Assembly: GCA_025054695.1 (NCBI GenBank)
Contig: JANWZI010000009.1
Coordinates: forward strand, 2,945 to 66,944
Length of the DNA: 64,000 nt
Source: Myxococcota bacterium
Lineage (GTDB): Bacteria > Myxococcota_A > Polyangia > Polyangiales > JANWZI01
Direction of reading: 5' to 3'
The notes under the pieces are model-generated. The model searched no databases. It was not told where the DNA came from and worked only from the letters and a program-made list of their open reading frames with translations. The translations under genes were made by a program, and so were the position numbers. Below are positions 21,451 through 30,673 of this stretch, one piece after another; position 1 is the stretch's first letter, and the number at the start of each line of letters is the position of its first letter.

Positions 21451-21666
21451 CGCGAAAACCACTTGGGATTTCGCTTACACCCCCGTCGCGCAGCGTACGC
21501 GCGTTCACATTCCGCTGGGTCGCGCGACGGCGACTCGGAGGTCGCGGTGCGCGGCGATCGACTTGCTCGCTCGCGCCCGGTCGGATGTCCACGATGCGCT
21601 TCCCGCGGTCTCCGAGCGGCTGTCACGGCGCCGTTCGTGTCGATCGATGGCGCGGAGCGGCGTTGC

Positions 21667-21720
21667 GAGCCCGAGCCCGTTTCCGAGTCCGAGTCGGAGC
21701 CCGAGTCCGAGTCCGAATCG
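21667..21720 (+). repeat. Degenerate hexamer array R4 (9 units)
   Basis: gagcccgagcccgtttccgagtccgagtcggagcccgagtccgagtccgaatcg in a divergent intergenic region. Confidence 0.85.
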
Positions 21721-21904
21721 CGATCGAGCAACGTGACCGCCGCCGTCAGGCGCGGACTCGGAAGGATGCCGCGCGCATGTCACGCGGCGCGACGGATCGC
21801 GGAGGCGACCCGGAGGGCGCAAGGATCGACGGTTCGTTCCGTGGAACGCGCCGGCGTCGACGCGCGCCCGCGTGTGCCGGAGCGACGACGATACCGAGGC
21901 TTGC

Positions 21905-21933
21905 TTGTGACGACTTCGGTGGAGTGTTAGTCT
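21905..21933 (+). promoter_or_regulatory. Candidate sigma70-type promoter of rel
   Basis: TTGTGA-N17-TAGTCT with extended -10 TGn. Confidence 0.5.
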
Positions 21934-21946
21934 TTCAGCGCTTCGA

Positions 21947-24145
21947 TTGCAGCCACGCAGTACCGAAGTTTCGGCGGCCGACCCAGAGCCGCTGTCCGCC
22001 TTGCTCGACCGGGTCCGGTCCTACCAGCCGCGGCTCGACGACGAATCGATCCGCCGCGCGTACCGGTACGCGGAGCGCATGCACCTGGGCCAGCTGCGCA
22101 AGTCGGGGGAGCCGTACTTCACGCATCCGCTCGCGGTCGCGGGAATCATCGCCGAAATGCGCCTGGACGCGACGAGCGTGTGCGCGGCGCTGCTGCACGA
22201 CGTGCTCGAGGACACCGCCGCGACCGAAGAGGAGCTCGTGCGGCTGTTCGGTCGCGAGGTCGCGTTCCTCGTCGACGGCGTCACCAAGCTCGGTCGGTAT
22301 AACTTCGCGAACAAGGAGGACCAGCAGGCGGAGAGCTTCCGCAAGATGCTCGTCGCCATGGCGCGCGACATCCGCGTGCTGCTCGTCAAGCTGGCCGACC
22401 GGCTCGACAACATGCGCACGCTCGATGCGATGAGCCCCGATGCGCAGGAGCGGATCGCGCGCGAGACGCTCGAGATCTACGCACCGCTCGCCGGTCGCCT
22501 CGGCATCCAGTGGATCAAGGCCGAGCTCGAGGACCTCTCCTTCCGACACCTGCACCCGGAGGCCTATCGGGACCTGCGCGCACAGCTCAAGAAGCAGGCG
22601 CGGGATCGCGAGCGGTACATCGCGGACGTGAGCCGTCGGCTGCACGCCATGCTCGCCGAACGCGGCTTCGCGGTCGAGGTGCACGGTCGCGTCAAGCACC
22701 TGTACTCGGTCTGGCGCAAGATGCGCGACAAGGGGCTCGAGCTGGACCAGATCCACGACCTGGTGGCGTTCCGCGTCATCGTCGAGGACGTGGCCGATTG
22801 CTACGCGGCCCTCGGCGTCGTGCATGCCCAGTGGACGCCCGTGCCCGGCCGCTTCAAGGACTACGTCGCGCTCGCCAAGCCCAACCTCTACCAGTCGCTG
22901 CACACCGCGGTGATCGGTCCGGGGGGCAAGACCCTCGAAGTGCAGATCCGCACCGAGGAGATGCACCGGCACGCCGAGTTCGGTGTGGCGGCGCACTGGC
23001 GCTACAAGGAGGGCGCCGCCGCGCGCCGCACCGGGCGCGCCGAGGCGGCGTTCGAGGAAAAGATCGCCTGGCTGCGCCAGCTCATGGAGTTCCAGAAGGA
23101 GGTTCCCGACCCGGCGGAATTCCTCGAGACCATCAAGGGCGATCTGGTCGCCGACGAGGTCTACGTCTTCACCCCGCGCGGGGACGTGAAGATCCTCCCG
23201 CGCAACGCGACCCCCGTCGACTTCGCCTACGCCGTGCACAGCGAGGTCGGCCATCACTGCGCGGGCGCGCGCGTCAACGGGGTAATGGTCCCGTTGCGGC
23301 ACGTGCTTCGCAACGGCGACGTCGTGGAGATCCTGACGAACACCGCGCAGCACCCGAGCAAGGACTGGCTGGAGTTCGTCGTCTCGAGTCGCGCACGCTC
23401 GCGTATCCGTCAATACGTCCGTGCCGAGGAGCGGCGTCGTTCGATCGAGCTGGGCCGCGATCTCGTCGAGCGGGAGATGCACCGCAGGGATCTGTCGCTC
23501 CAGCGCTGGCTCAAGAACGGCGAGCCGGGCCCGGTCCTGTCGCGTTTCCGGGTGCAGAGCGTCGAGGAGCTGTTCGCGCTCGTCGGCATCGGCAAGCTCG
23601 GCGCGCAGGACGTCGTGGCAGCCATCGCGCCCCCGGACGACACCGAGGCGCGCGAGACCTTCCGTCCGAGCTTGATCGAGCGCACGGTCCGCAAGGTGAC
23701 GGGGCGCGACGGCGACGCGATCGTCATCGACGGTCACGACGACGTGCTCGTCCGGTTCGCGCGGTGCTGCAATCCGGTGCCGGGCGACCTCGTCACGGGC
23801 TGGATCACGCGTGGGCGCGGCGTCACGGTCCACCGGCGCGGCTGCGCGCGCGCGATGGAGCTCGACCCGGAGCGACGCATCGAGGTGAGCTGGGGGAGCG
23901 CCCCCCAGGTCGCGTTGCCCGTGCAGTTGCGCGTGACGACCGCGGACCGTCCCGGGATCCTCGCCAACGTGTCGGCCGCGTTCACGCAGTGCGGCGTCAA
24001 CATCAGCGAGGCGACCTGCAGGACGTCGCCGGAGGGGCGCGCGGTGAACCTGTTCCAGTTCACGGTCGGCAATCTCAAGAAATTGCGCGAAGTGATGCGC
24101 GCGGTGCAGCGCGTCGACGGCGTCTACGAGGTCGAGCGCGTCTGA
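21947..24145 (+). CDS. relA: Bifunctional (p)ppGpp synthetase/hydrolase (long RSH)
   Basis: RKSGEPYFTHP, ALLHDVLED (intact HD), GRFKDY, YQSLHT, EVQIRT, TGS (FTPRG..TPVDFAY), CCNPVPGD, C-terminal ACT. Confidence 0.96.
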   Translation: MQPRSTEVSAADPEPLSALLDRVRSYQPRLDDESIRRAYRYAERMHLGQLRKSGEPYFTHPLAVAGIIAEMRLDATSVCAALLHDVLEDTAATEEELVRLFGREVAFLVDGVTKLGRYNFANKEDQQAESFRKMLVAMARDIRVLLVKLADRLDNMRTLDAMSPDAQERIARETLEIYAPLAGRLGIQWIKAELEDLSFRHLHPEAYRDLRAQLKKQARDRERYIADVSRRLHAMLAERGFAVEVHGRVKHLYSVWRKMRDKGLELDQIHDLVAFRVIVEDVADCYAALGVVHAQWTPVPGRFKDYVALAKPNLYQSLHTAVIGPGGKTLEVQIRTEEMHRHAEFGVAAHWRYKEGAAARRTGRAEAAFEEKIAWLRQLMEFQKEVPDPAEFLETIKGDLVADEVYVFTPRGDVKILPRNATPVDFAYAVHSEVGHHCAGARVNGVMVPLRHVLRNGDVVEILTNTAQHPSKDWLEFVVSSRARSRIRQYVRAEERRRSIELGRDLVEREMHRRDLSLQRWLKNGEPGPVLSRFRVQSVEELFALVGIGKLGAQDVVAAIAPPDDTEARETFRPSLIERTVRKVTGRDGDAIVIDGHDDVLVRFARCCNPVPGDLVTGWITRGRGVTVHRRGCARAMELDPERRIEVSWGSAPQVALPVQLRVTTADRPGILANVSAAFTQCGVNISEATCRTSPEGRAVNLFQFTVGNLKKLREVMRAVQRVDGVYEVERV

Positions 24146-24433
24146 CCCGCGGCACGGGAACCGGCCTTGCGGGACGGGATCCCGCGCCGTCGCGTCCGAT
24201 CACGCCCGCCCGCGGTGCGGCGGCATCCCGGGGCTTGTGCTCGGGTGGTCGACGGCGGATGATGCGCCCGACCGGTGACCGCGTGCCCGCGGCCGTCCGC
24301 CGACCCGTGGAGCCCGGCGCGGGGTCGGTTCGAGCAGGATGAATGCGAGCGGCGGGTGCTGCGTCTGGGGCACGACCGGCCGGTGTGAAAGAGGACGCGG
24401 GCTCGACGGGCCCGGCAACGACAGGAGAAGAAC

Positions 24434-25339
24434 ATGAAGAGAGCGCATGCGTACGTGCTGATCGCGGGATCGCTGCTCGGGACGAGTTCCGCCGCGGCGC
24501 AGAGCAACTTCGGAACCATCGTCCTGCGCTCCGGATTCACGCCGGATCCACACATCGTGAACGGCGTCAGCGGGGGCAGTCAGCCCGCCTCGAACCTCGC
24601 GCCAGGCTGTCGCGGCTTCGTCACGGCCCAGCCCGATCACATCCTCAACCTAACGACCCCGTTCACGTTCCTGCGCATCTTCGCCGAGAGCGCGGCGGAC
24701 ACGACGCTGGTCGTGCAGCAACCGACCGGGGCCATCGTGTGCAACGACGACACGTACGGACGCAATCCCGCGATCGAAGGCACCTTCCCGGCGGGTACCT
24801 ATCGCATCTGGATCGGATCCTACCACGCCGGTCAGCACGCGCAGTACCAGCTCAAGCTCACCGAGCTCCGTGCCGTCGTGCCGGGCGGAGGCGCCGTGGG
24901 AGTCGGCGTGGTCGCCGGTCCCAACCCGGGTCTCGACGTGAACGCACGACGCGGCAATTTCCGACCCGTCTCGCTGCGCTCGGGATTCCTGCCCGATCCC
25001 AGGCGATTGACGGGCACGAGCGGCGGTGCGTTCGACGCGGCGCAGCTCGGCGGTGGTTGCCGGGGATGGGTGGCGGCGCGTCCCGACCATGTGGTCACGC
25101 TGCGCAGCGGCTTCAATTTCCTTCGGATGTACGTCTCGTCGCAGGCCGATACGACGCTGGTCGTGCGTACCCCGGACGGTCGCTGGCTGTGCAACGACGA
25201 CACGTTCGGAACCAACCCTTCCATCGAGTCTCCGAGCTGGGGGCCGGGGCGGTACCTGGTCTGGGTGGGCAGCTACCAGCAGGGCGTGATGGCGCCGTAC
25301 CAGATCTTCTTCACCGAGCTGCCCACCAACGGCCCGTAA
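24434..25339 (+). CDS. Secreted protein with two tandem PPC-like beta domains
   Basis: Signal peptide; duplicated LRSGF.PDP..GCRG..PDH..ADTTLVV..CNDDT.G.NP..W.GSY module; RBS AGGAG. Confidence 0.8.
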   Translation: MKRAHAYVLIAGSLLGTSSAAAQSNFGTIVLRSGFTPDPHIVNGVSGGSQPASNLAPGCRGFVTAQPDHILNLTTPFTFLRIFAESAADTTLVVQQPTGAIVCNDDTYGRNPAIEGTFPAGTYRIWIGSYHAGQHAQYQLKLTELRAVVPGGGAVGVGVVAGPNPGLDVNARRGNFRPVSLRSGFLPDPRRLTGTSGGAFDAAQLGGGCRGWVAARPDHVVTLRSGFNFLRMYVSSQADTTLVVRTPDGRWLCNDDTFGTNPSIESPSWGPGRYLVWVGSYQQGVMAPYQIFFTELPTNGP

Positions 25340-25440
25340 CCGCCGGTCCGCGGGGCGCGGGCAAAGTCGGGAAGCGTACCGGCCGCGCCGCGGATCCATG
25401 GCCTCGGGTGAGTCGTGGCGCTCTTCACGTGACGTGATGG

Positions 25441-25578
25441 GAGCTCGAGGCCGAATCCGAGGCCGAGTCGGAGTCTGAGCCCGTGCCCGAGTCCGAGTCC
25501 GAGACGAACTCCGAGTCCGTGCCGGAGACAGAGCCCGAGTCCGAGGTCGAGTCCGAGACCAGGTCGGAGCCCGAGCCT
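25441..25578 (+). repeat. Degenerate hexamer array R5 (23 units)
   Basis: GAGNCC-phased run ending about 12 nt before the rimO ORF. Confidence 0.9.
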
Positions 25579-25589
25579 GCGCGGGTGGC

Positions 25590-27020
25590 GTGAAGCGGAT
25601 ACGTGCGTCACAGTCCGCCGGTCCCGTGGAGCGGACCGTCCATCTCGTTTCGCTCGGCTGCGCCAAGAACGAGGTCGACGCCGAGGTCATGCTCGGCGTG
25701 TGCGAGGCCGAAGGCTGGCGTCTGGTTCCGCGGCCGGAGCAGGCCGAGGTCATCGTCGTCAACACGTGCAGCTTCATCGGGCCCGCGCGCCAGGAGTCGG
25801 TCGACGCCATCCTCGCGGCAGCGCGCATGAAGGAGCAGGGGCGTTGCCGGACGCTTGTCGTCGCCGGGTGTCTGGCCCAGCGCTACCCGGAGGCCCTCGC
25901 CGCCGAGCTTCCTGAGGTCGATCACTTCCTCGGCACGAGCGACGCGCTGCGCCTCGCAGATGTGCTACGAGGCCACGCGCCCCGAATGGCCGTCGGTCAT
26001 CCGGCGGCGTGGACGATGCGGGCGTCGGACCCGCGCCGGGTCGCCCGGCGTCCGCACAGCGTCTACGTGAAGATCGCCGAGGGATGCAACCGCCGCTGCG
26101 CGTTTTGCGCGATTCCGTCGTTTCGGGGACCGCAGCGCAGCCGCCCGCTCGACGACGTCGTGGCCGAGGTCCGCGCCCTGGTTGAGCAGGGCGCCGTCGA
26201 GATCAACCTGGTCGCGCAGGACACGGTGGCGTGGGGGCGCGACTTGCCCGATCGACCGCGGCTCGCTTCGCTGCTCGAGGCGATCGCGCGCGTGCCCGGC
26301 GTGCGCTGGGTCCGGATGCACTACCTGTATCCGGAATCGCTGGACGAGCGTCTGCTCGCGTTGATGCGAGACGATCCGCGCGTGCTGCCGTACGTGGACA
26401 TGCCGCTGCAGCACGCTTCGGACGCGATGCTGCGACGCATGCGCCGCGGCCGAGGCGGCGATGCGTTGCGGCGACGCATCGAGCGCATACGAGAAGCCCT
26501 TCCCGGATCCGTCTGGCGCACCTCCTTCATCGTCGGTCATCCCGGCGAGACGGACGCCGACTTCGAGGAGCTGGTCCGACTCGTCGAGTGGGCGCAGTTC
26601 GATCACGTCGGCGTCTTCGTGTTTTCGCCCGAGGAAGGCACGCCGAGCGGAGTGATGCGAGACCGCGTCCCCACGCGCGTCGCACGCGAGCGTCAGCGGC
26701 GCCTGTACGCGGTGCAACGCGCAATCAGCCGACGCAAGCTGGCCGAATTCGTCGGGCGCACGCTCGAAGTGCTCGTCGACGGCCCGAGCTCGCAGAGCGA
26801 GTGGCTGCTCGAGGGTCGGTACTGGGGACAGGCGCCCGACGTCGACGGCACCGTGACGCTCGCCAACGGCACGGCGCAGCCCGGCCAGATACGCCTTGCG
26901 CGGGTCACCGCGGCGGCCGACCACGATCTCGTTGCGGATCTGCTCGATGCAGAGGGGCGCTCGGACGCACCGCCGCCCGCGGCCGTCCGTCGTCGCGTGC
27001 GCCTGCGCACCGTCGCCTGA
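25590..27020 (+). CDS. rimO: Ribosomal protein S12 methylthiotransferase
   Basis: SLGCAKNEVD, NTCSFI, AGCLAQRY, radical SAM CNRRCAFC, QAPDVDG (TRAM); true start may be GTG at 25626. Confidence 0.93.
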   Translation: MKRIRASQSAGPVERTVHLVSLGCAKNEVDAEVMLGVCEAEGWRLVPRPEQAEVIVVNTCSFIGPARQESVDAILAAARMKEQGRCRTLVVAGCLAQRYPEALAAELPEVDHFLGTSDALRLADVLRGHAPRMAVGHPAAWTMRASDPRRVARRPHSVYVKIAEGCNRRCAFCAIPSFRGPQRSRPLDDVVAEVRALVEQGAVEINLVAQDTVAWGRDLPDRPRLASLLEAIARVPGVRWVRMHYLYPESLDERLLALMRDDPRVLPYVDMPLQHASDAMLRRMRRGRGGDALRRRIERIREALPGSVWRTSFIVGHPGETDADFEELVRLVEWAQFDHVGVFVFSPEEGTPSGVMRDRVPTRVARERQRRLYAVQRAISRRKLAEFVGRTLEVLVDGPSSQSEWLLEGRYWGQAPDVDGTVTLANGTAQPGQIRLARVTAAADHDLVADLLDAEGRSDAPPPAAVRRRVRLRTVA

Positions 27021-27040
27021 GGTCGTGGCGTCCACACCGA

Positions 27041-27069
27041 TTGACCCTCGCACGCCCCCGCCCTATATG
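27041..27069 (+). promoter_or_regulatory. Candidate sigma70-type promoter of ferredoxin
   Basis: TTGACC-N17-TATATG about 25 nt upstream of the ATG. Confidence 0.45.
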
Positions 27070-27094
27070 ACCGCGGCCCGGTGGGAGCCGAGCG

Positions 27095-27400
27095 ATGGCG
27101 ACGTACATCACCAAGGACTGCATCAACTGCGGGGCCTGCGAGCCCGAATGCCCCAACGACGCGATCAGCGAGGGCGAGGACATCTACGTCATCAACCCCG
27201 AGCTGTGCACCGAGTGCGTCGGCTTCCACGACCACGAAGCCTGCCAGGCCGTCTGTCCGGTCGAGTGCTGCCTGCCGAACCCCGACATTCGGGAGGACGA
27301 GAAAACGCTCATCGAGCGGGCCCTGCGCCTGCATCCCGACGACGAGCAGCTGAAGGCGCGGGTCGCAGCCAACGACTTCCCGTCGCGATTCCGCAAGTAG
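27095..27400 (+). CDS. 2[4Fe-4S] ferredoxin, YfhL-like
   Basis: CINCGACEPECP and CTECVG....ACQAVCPVECC. Confidence 0.93.
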   Translation: MATYITKDCINCGACEPECPNDAISEGEDIYVINPELCTECVGFHDHEACQAVCPVECCLPNPDIREDEKTLIERALRLHPDDEQLKARVAANDFPSRFRK

Positions 27401-27417
27401 CGCGCGCACGGGACGGA

Positions 27418-28095
27418 TTGCCGCGCCCGGGATGGGCGCCGTCGCTGCTCGTCGCGCTCGTCACCGCGTCCTGCGCCCCGACGGTCGCGGCTCCGCTCGG
27501 CGCGTCCGTCGCGCCGGAGGGTCGCTTCGAACTCGCGGCCGGCGCGAGCGGTCGCCTGCCGGGACGTCGCATTCGCGAGGCAGCGGCCTCCGACGCGCGC
27601 ATGGCCAATGGCGTGGTGGGGGGCGGGCCGGCGCCCGTGCTCGCAATCCGGCACGGCCTGTCGCGTCGGGTTGATGTCTCGCTCCTCGTCGTGGGTGCCG
27701 GTGCCGGCGCGGAGGTTCGATTCGCGCCGGTGCTCGTCGAGGGGCCCGCGCGCATGCGGCTGTTCACCGGCGTGCGCGGGCTCGTCGCCGTCGACGCGTC
27801 GGGCGACTCGGATGGCTTGCGCACGCGCGTCGTGCTCGATGCGCCGCTCGCCGTCGGAATCGATGCCTCCTCGCTCCTTCTCGTGTGGGGCGGTTTGCGG
27901 GGCGGCACGATCCTCGTCGATGGCCCGCGCGGGCCACGGGCATGGCGTGGGGGCGCGCTACTCGGTTTCGGCACGGGCCTGCGCGACGTGCACGCGCTCG
28001 CCGAGCTGGGCGCGACGTTCGAGTCGTGGCACGGTGGGGTCGGTGCGGCGGGTCTCGTTCTCGAGCCCGCGTTCGCGATTCGCCTTCGCTTCTGA
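27418..28095 (+). CDS. Hypothetical outer-membrane lipoprotein; start uncertain
   Basis: LLVALVTASC lipobox-like segment; alternating beta-strand pattern; C-terminal Phe (AIRLRF). Confidence 0.55.
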   Translation: MPRPGWAPSLLVALVTASCAPTVAAPLGASVAPEGRFELAAGASGRLPGRRIREAAASDARMANGVVGGGPAPVLAIRHGLSRRVDVSLLVVGAGAGAEVRFAPVLVEGPARMRLFTGVRGLVAVDASGDSDGLRTRVVLDAPLAVGIDASSLLLVWGGLRGGTILVDGPRGPRAWRGGALLGFGTGLRDVHALAELGATFESWHGGVGAAGLVLEPAFAIRLRF

Positions 28096-28128
28096 AGCGC
28101 GTGCGCGCCGACCGGGGCTCGAGCCGTT

Positions 28129-28665
28129 TCAGCGTGTCCGTGCGGCGGGCCCCCGCATCCCCATCTGGATCCGCTCGCCGAGGAGCGCGCCGAACAGCGT
28201 CACCATCACGCCGACCAGGCCTCCGATGACGTAGAGCGGAGCCGGGATGTCGTACAGCTCGTCGATGTGGATCAGCCACGCCACCGTCGGGATCGAGGCC
28301 ATGAAGGCTCCCACGGCGGGCTCGTAGAACGTGCGCCCCGGCGACAGCAAGCCCGTGATGATGCCGCCGACGAACCAGATGGCCGCGCTGAGCAGCATGC
28401 CGGGCGTTCCCTGCGGGTCGTACACGTCGCTGAGCACCGCAGGCAAGAGCACGAGCACGATCGCCTGGAGCACGACGTTGATGCCGAACGCGACAAAGGC
28501 CCACTTCCAGGTGAAGGCGTGCTGTTGGTAGCGCCGTCCCTGCGCCTCTTCGTCGAGGGGGTCGATGGTCCCCGCGTCGAGACGCGCCCCGCACGAGACA
28601 CAGCGGGCGGCGGTGCCCGGATTCTTGAAGCCGCAGATCGCGCAGACGATTTCTTTCGCCGCCAT
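28129..28665 (-). CDS. Zinc-ribbon membrane protein
   Basis: CAICG..N....ARCVSCG followed by four hydrophobic segments. Confidence 0.75.
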   Translation of the reverse strand: MAAKEIVCAICGFKNPGTAARCVSCGARLDAGTIDPLDEEAQGRRYQQHAFTWKWAFVAFGINVVLQAIVLVLLPAVLSDVYDPQGTPGMLLSAAIWFVGGIITGLLSPGRTFYEPAVGAFMASIPTVAWLIHIDELYDIPAPLYVIGGLVGVMVTLFGALLGERIQMGMRGPAARTR

Positions 28666-28836
28666 GATGTCGAGCCTCATCTTCGCAGGGTCGCGTGGCG
28701 CCACGCAAGCGCGGCGCACGGGTTGCCGCGACGTCCGGCGGGCTTCGGGCAGGGCGGGGTCGCGCGCACGGGCGCGCCGCACGCACCGGAACGGGGTCGA
28801 CGGCATGCGTTCGCGCCCAGCAGGGTCGAGGGGCCG

Positions 28837-30186
28837 TCACCGGTGGTGGAGCGCGCCGGCTGGACGTTCGTCACGTCCGGGCCGTGGCGCACCGAGCGCC
28901 GAGGCGGGTTCGTGGACGGGATCGGGGGCCTGTGACGGATCCGGAAACGGCAGTCGCGTGTCGGCGCCGTCCGCGCGAGGTCGTGTCGCGTCCGCGGTCC
29001 GCGCGTCGGTCGTCGCCCGCGAGGCGAGCAGCAACGCCCGGGCCCGTTCGACTCCCTCGTGCAGCCGACGAACCCACGGGCCCCGCGCTCCGGTTCGCTC
29101 GACCATGACGAGCGTCATCTCCCAGTAGCGGATCGCGTGACGCAGCAACGGCTCGACGAGCCGCGCGACGGATCGACGGTAATCCTGCGCGTACAGCGCG
29201 AGCTCCCGCTCGTCCATCTCGAAGCGGGGGGGCGGCACGGGCGCCGCCATCACGGTCTCCCAAAACGAGAGATAGAGCTCGCCCACGCGATAGCCCGACG
29301 CGGACGACCAGTACGGATCCGCGAACGTCATCGCCTGGAAGTACTCCCGCTGGGCTTGCAGCAGATGGCGTGCTCGTCGCTCGAGCACGGCTCGTTGCTC
29401 GGGCACCGGACCGGGAGGCAATCGCACGGACTCGGCACGGCGCCTGGCGACCTCGCCGAGCACGAACGCGGCGCACGCCGCGAACGCGGGGTCCGCGATG
29501 CGGTCCTCGCCCCGGCGGCTGCGGTGGAAGACCAGCGCTTCGCGCGCCGCGCGTTCCGCCTCGTCGAGCCGATCGAGCTCGGCGAGCGCGAGGGCCCGGC
29601 GGGCCATCGCCTCCAGACGCTCGTCGGAGCGAAGGTCCGACCGATCGAGCACCGCGGCCGCCACCTCCACCGCGCGCTCCAGCCGACCCGCTTCCGGGAG
29701 CCACTCGAGCAACAGCAGCCCCGCGTGGCGTCCATCACGACCCCGCGGGTGGCTGGCGAGCAGTCGTTCGAGCCGGGCGATGGCGTCGTGGAGCTTGTCG
29801 GTCGCGCGCAGACACAGCGCGGCGTTGTACAGTGCCGGAGCGGCGGCTTCGCTCGAGGGAAACCGATCGACGAGCCGGTCGTAGAGCGCGACCGCCCCCT
29901 CGCAGTCACCCTCTCGGGCGCGCGCACGAGCCCGTTCGAACAGTTCCGGCGCGTCCATCCATTCGATGGCGAACGAGCCGTCGGGACGGAGGCGCGCCTC
30001 GAGGCGGATCTCGTCGCCGCGCACGTGGCGCGAGGGCCGATGCGCGCTGGACGCCGAGCCGCAGCCCAATGCGAGGAGGAGCGCGACCCCGAGCCCCGTC
30101 GCCGCACGCGTCGAAAATTCGACCTGCCCCCGCGTCGATTCTACGTTCGTCCGGGGCAGGTCGGACGGCCGCTCCGGAGGAATCAT
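28837..30186 (-). CDS. TPR-repeat lipoprotein; start uncertain
   Basis: LLLALGC lipobox; TPR-like LYDRLVDRFPSSEAAAPALYNAALC and further helical repeats. Confidence 0.75.
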   Translation of the reverse strand: MIPPERPSDLPRTNVESTRGQVEFSTRAATGLGVALLLALGCGSASSAHRPSRHVRGDEIRLEARLRPDGSFAIEWMDAPELFERARARAREGDCEGAVALYDRLVDRFPSSEAAAPALYNAALCLRATDKLHDAIARLERLLASHPRGRDGRHAGLLLLEWLPEAGRLERAVEVAAAVLDRSDLRSDERLEAMARRALALAELDRLDEAERAAREALVFHRSRRGEDRIADPAFAACAAFVLGEVARRRAESVRLPPGPVPEQRAVLERRARHLLQAQREYFQAMTFADPYWSSASGYRVGELYLSFWETVMAAPVPPPRFEMDERELALYAQDYRRSVARLVEPLLRHAIRYWEMTLVMVERTGARGPWVRRLHEGVERARALLLASRATTDARTADATRPRADGADTRLPFPDPSQAPDPVHEPASALGAPRPGRDERPAGALHHR

Positions 30187-30673
30187 GCACGTTCCGGGCT
30201 TTCCTCGCACCATGTCGCGTTCCGACGTGACGAGCGCCTCGGTCGCGTTGCGGGCCCGAGGCGCGTACGGGTCCGCGCAGGGCCGCCTCCATCCGGACGA
30301 CACCCCCGCCGACCGCGTGCGCGACGAGTGGGGCCCGCTCGGCCGCACGGAGCTCGACGCGTTCGCGATGCACGAGGCGTTGTGCGAGTCGTTGCCGATC
30401 GGCACACCCGAGCGCGCGCGGACGATCGAACGGCTCGGATACGAGGACGAGGCGCATTTCGAGCGCGTGCGGCGCACGTTCCTCAAGTATTACGGCATCG
30501 GCGAGCCCGACGCGCCGATTTCGACCTACGTCTGGGGCGACCGGGCGAGCGAGGCGATCGCCCTGGCGCGGCGGGCGCTCGAAGCCTCGGCTCGCTCCGC
30601 GACGAGCTCGGACGGTACGGGCCCCGCCGGTCCCGCGGGCCGCCGCGACGATCAGGACAGCCGGTCCCGATAG
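30185..30673 (+). CDS. Hypothetical protein
   Basis: GGAGG 4 nt before the ATG; protein-like composition; fills the gap between the TPR gene and nspC. Confidence 0.55.
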   Translation: MHVPGFPRTMSRSDVTSASVALRARGAYGSAQGRLHPDDTPADRVRDEWGPLGRTELDAFAMHEALCESLPIGTPERARTIERLGYEDEAHFERVRRTFLKYYGIGEPDAPISTYVWGDRASEAIALARRALEASARSATSSDGTGPAGPAGRRDDQDSRSR

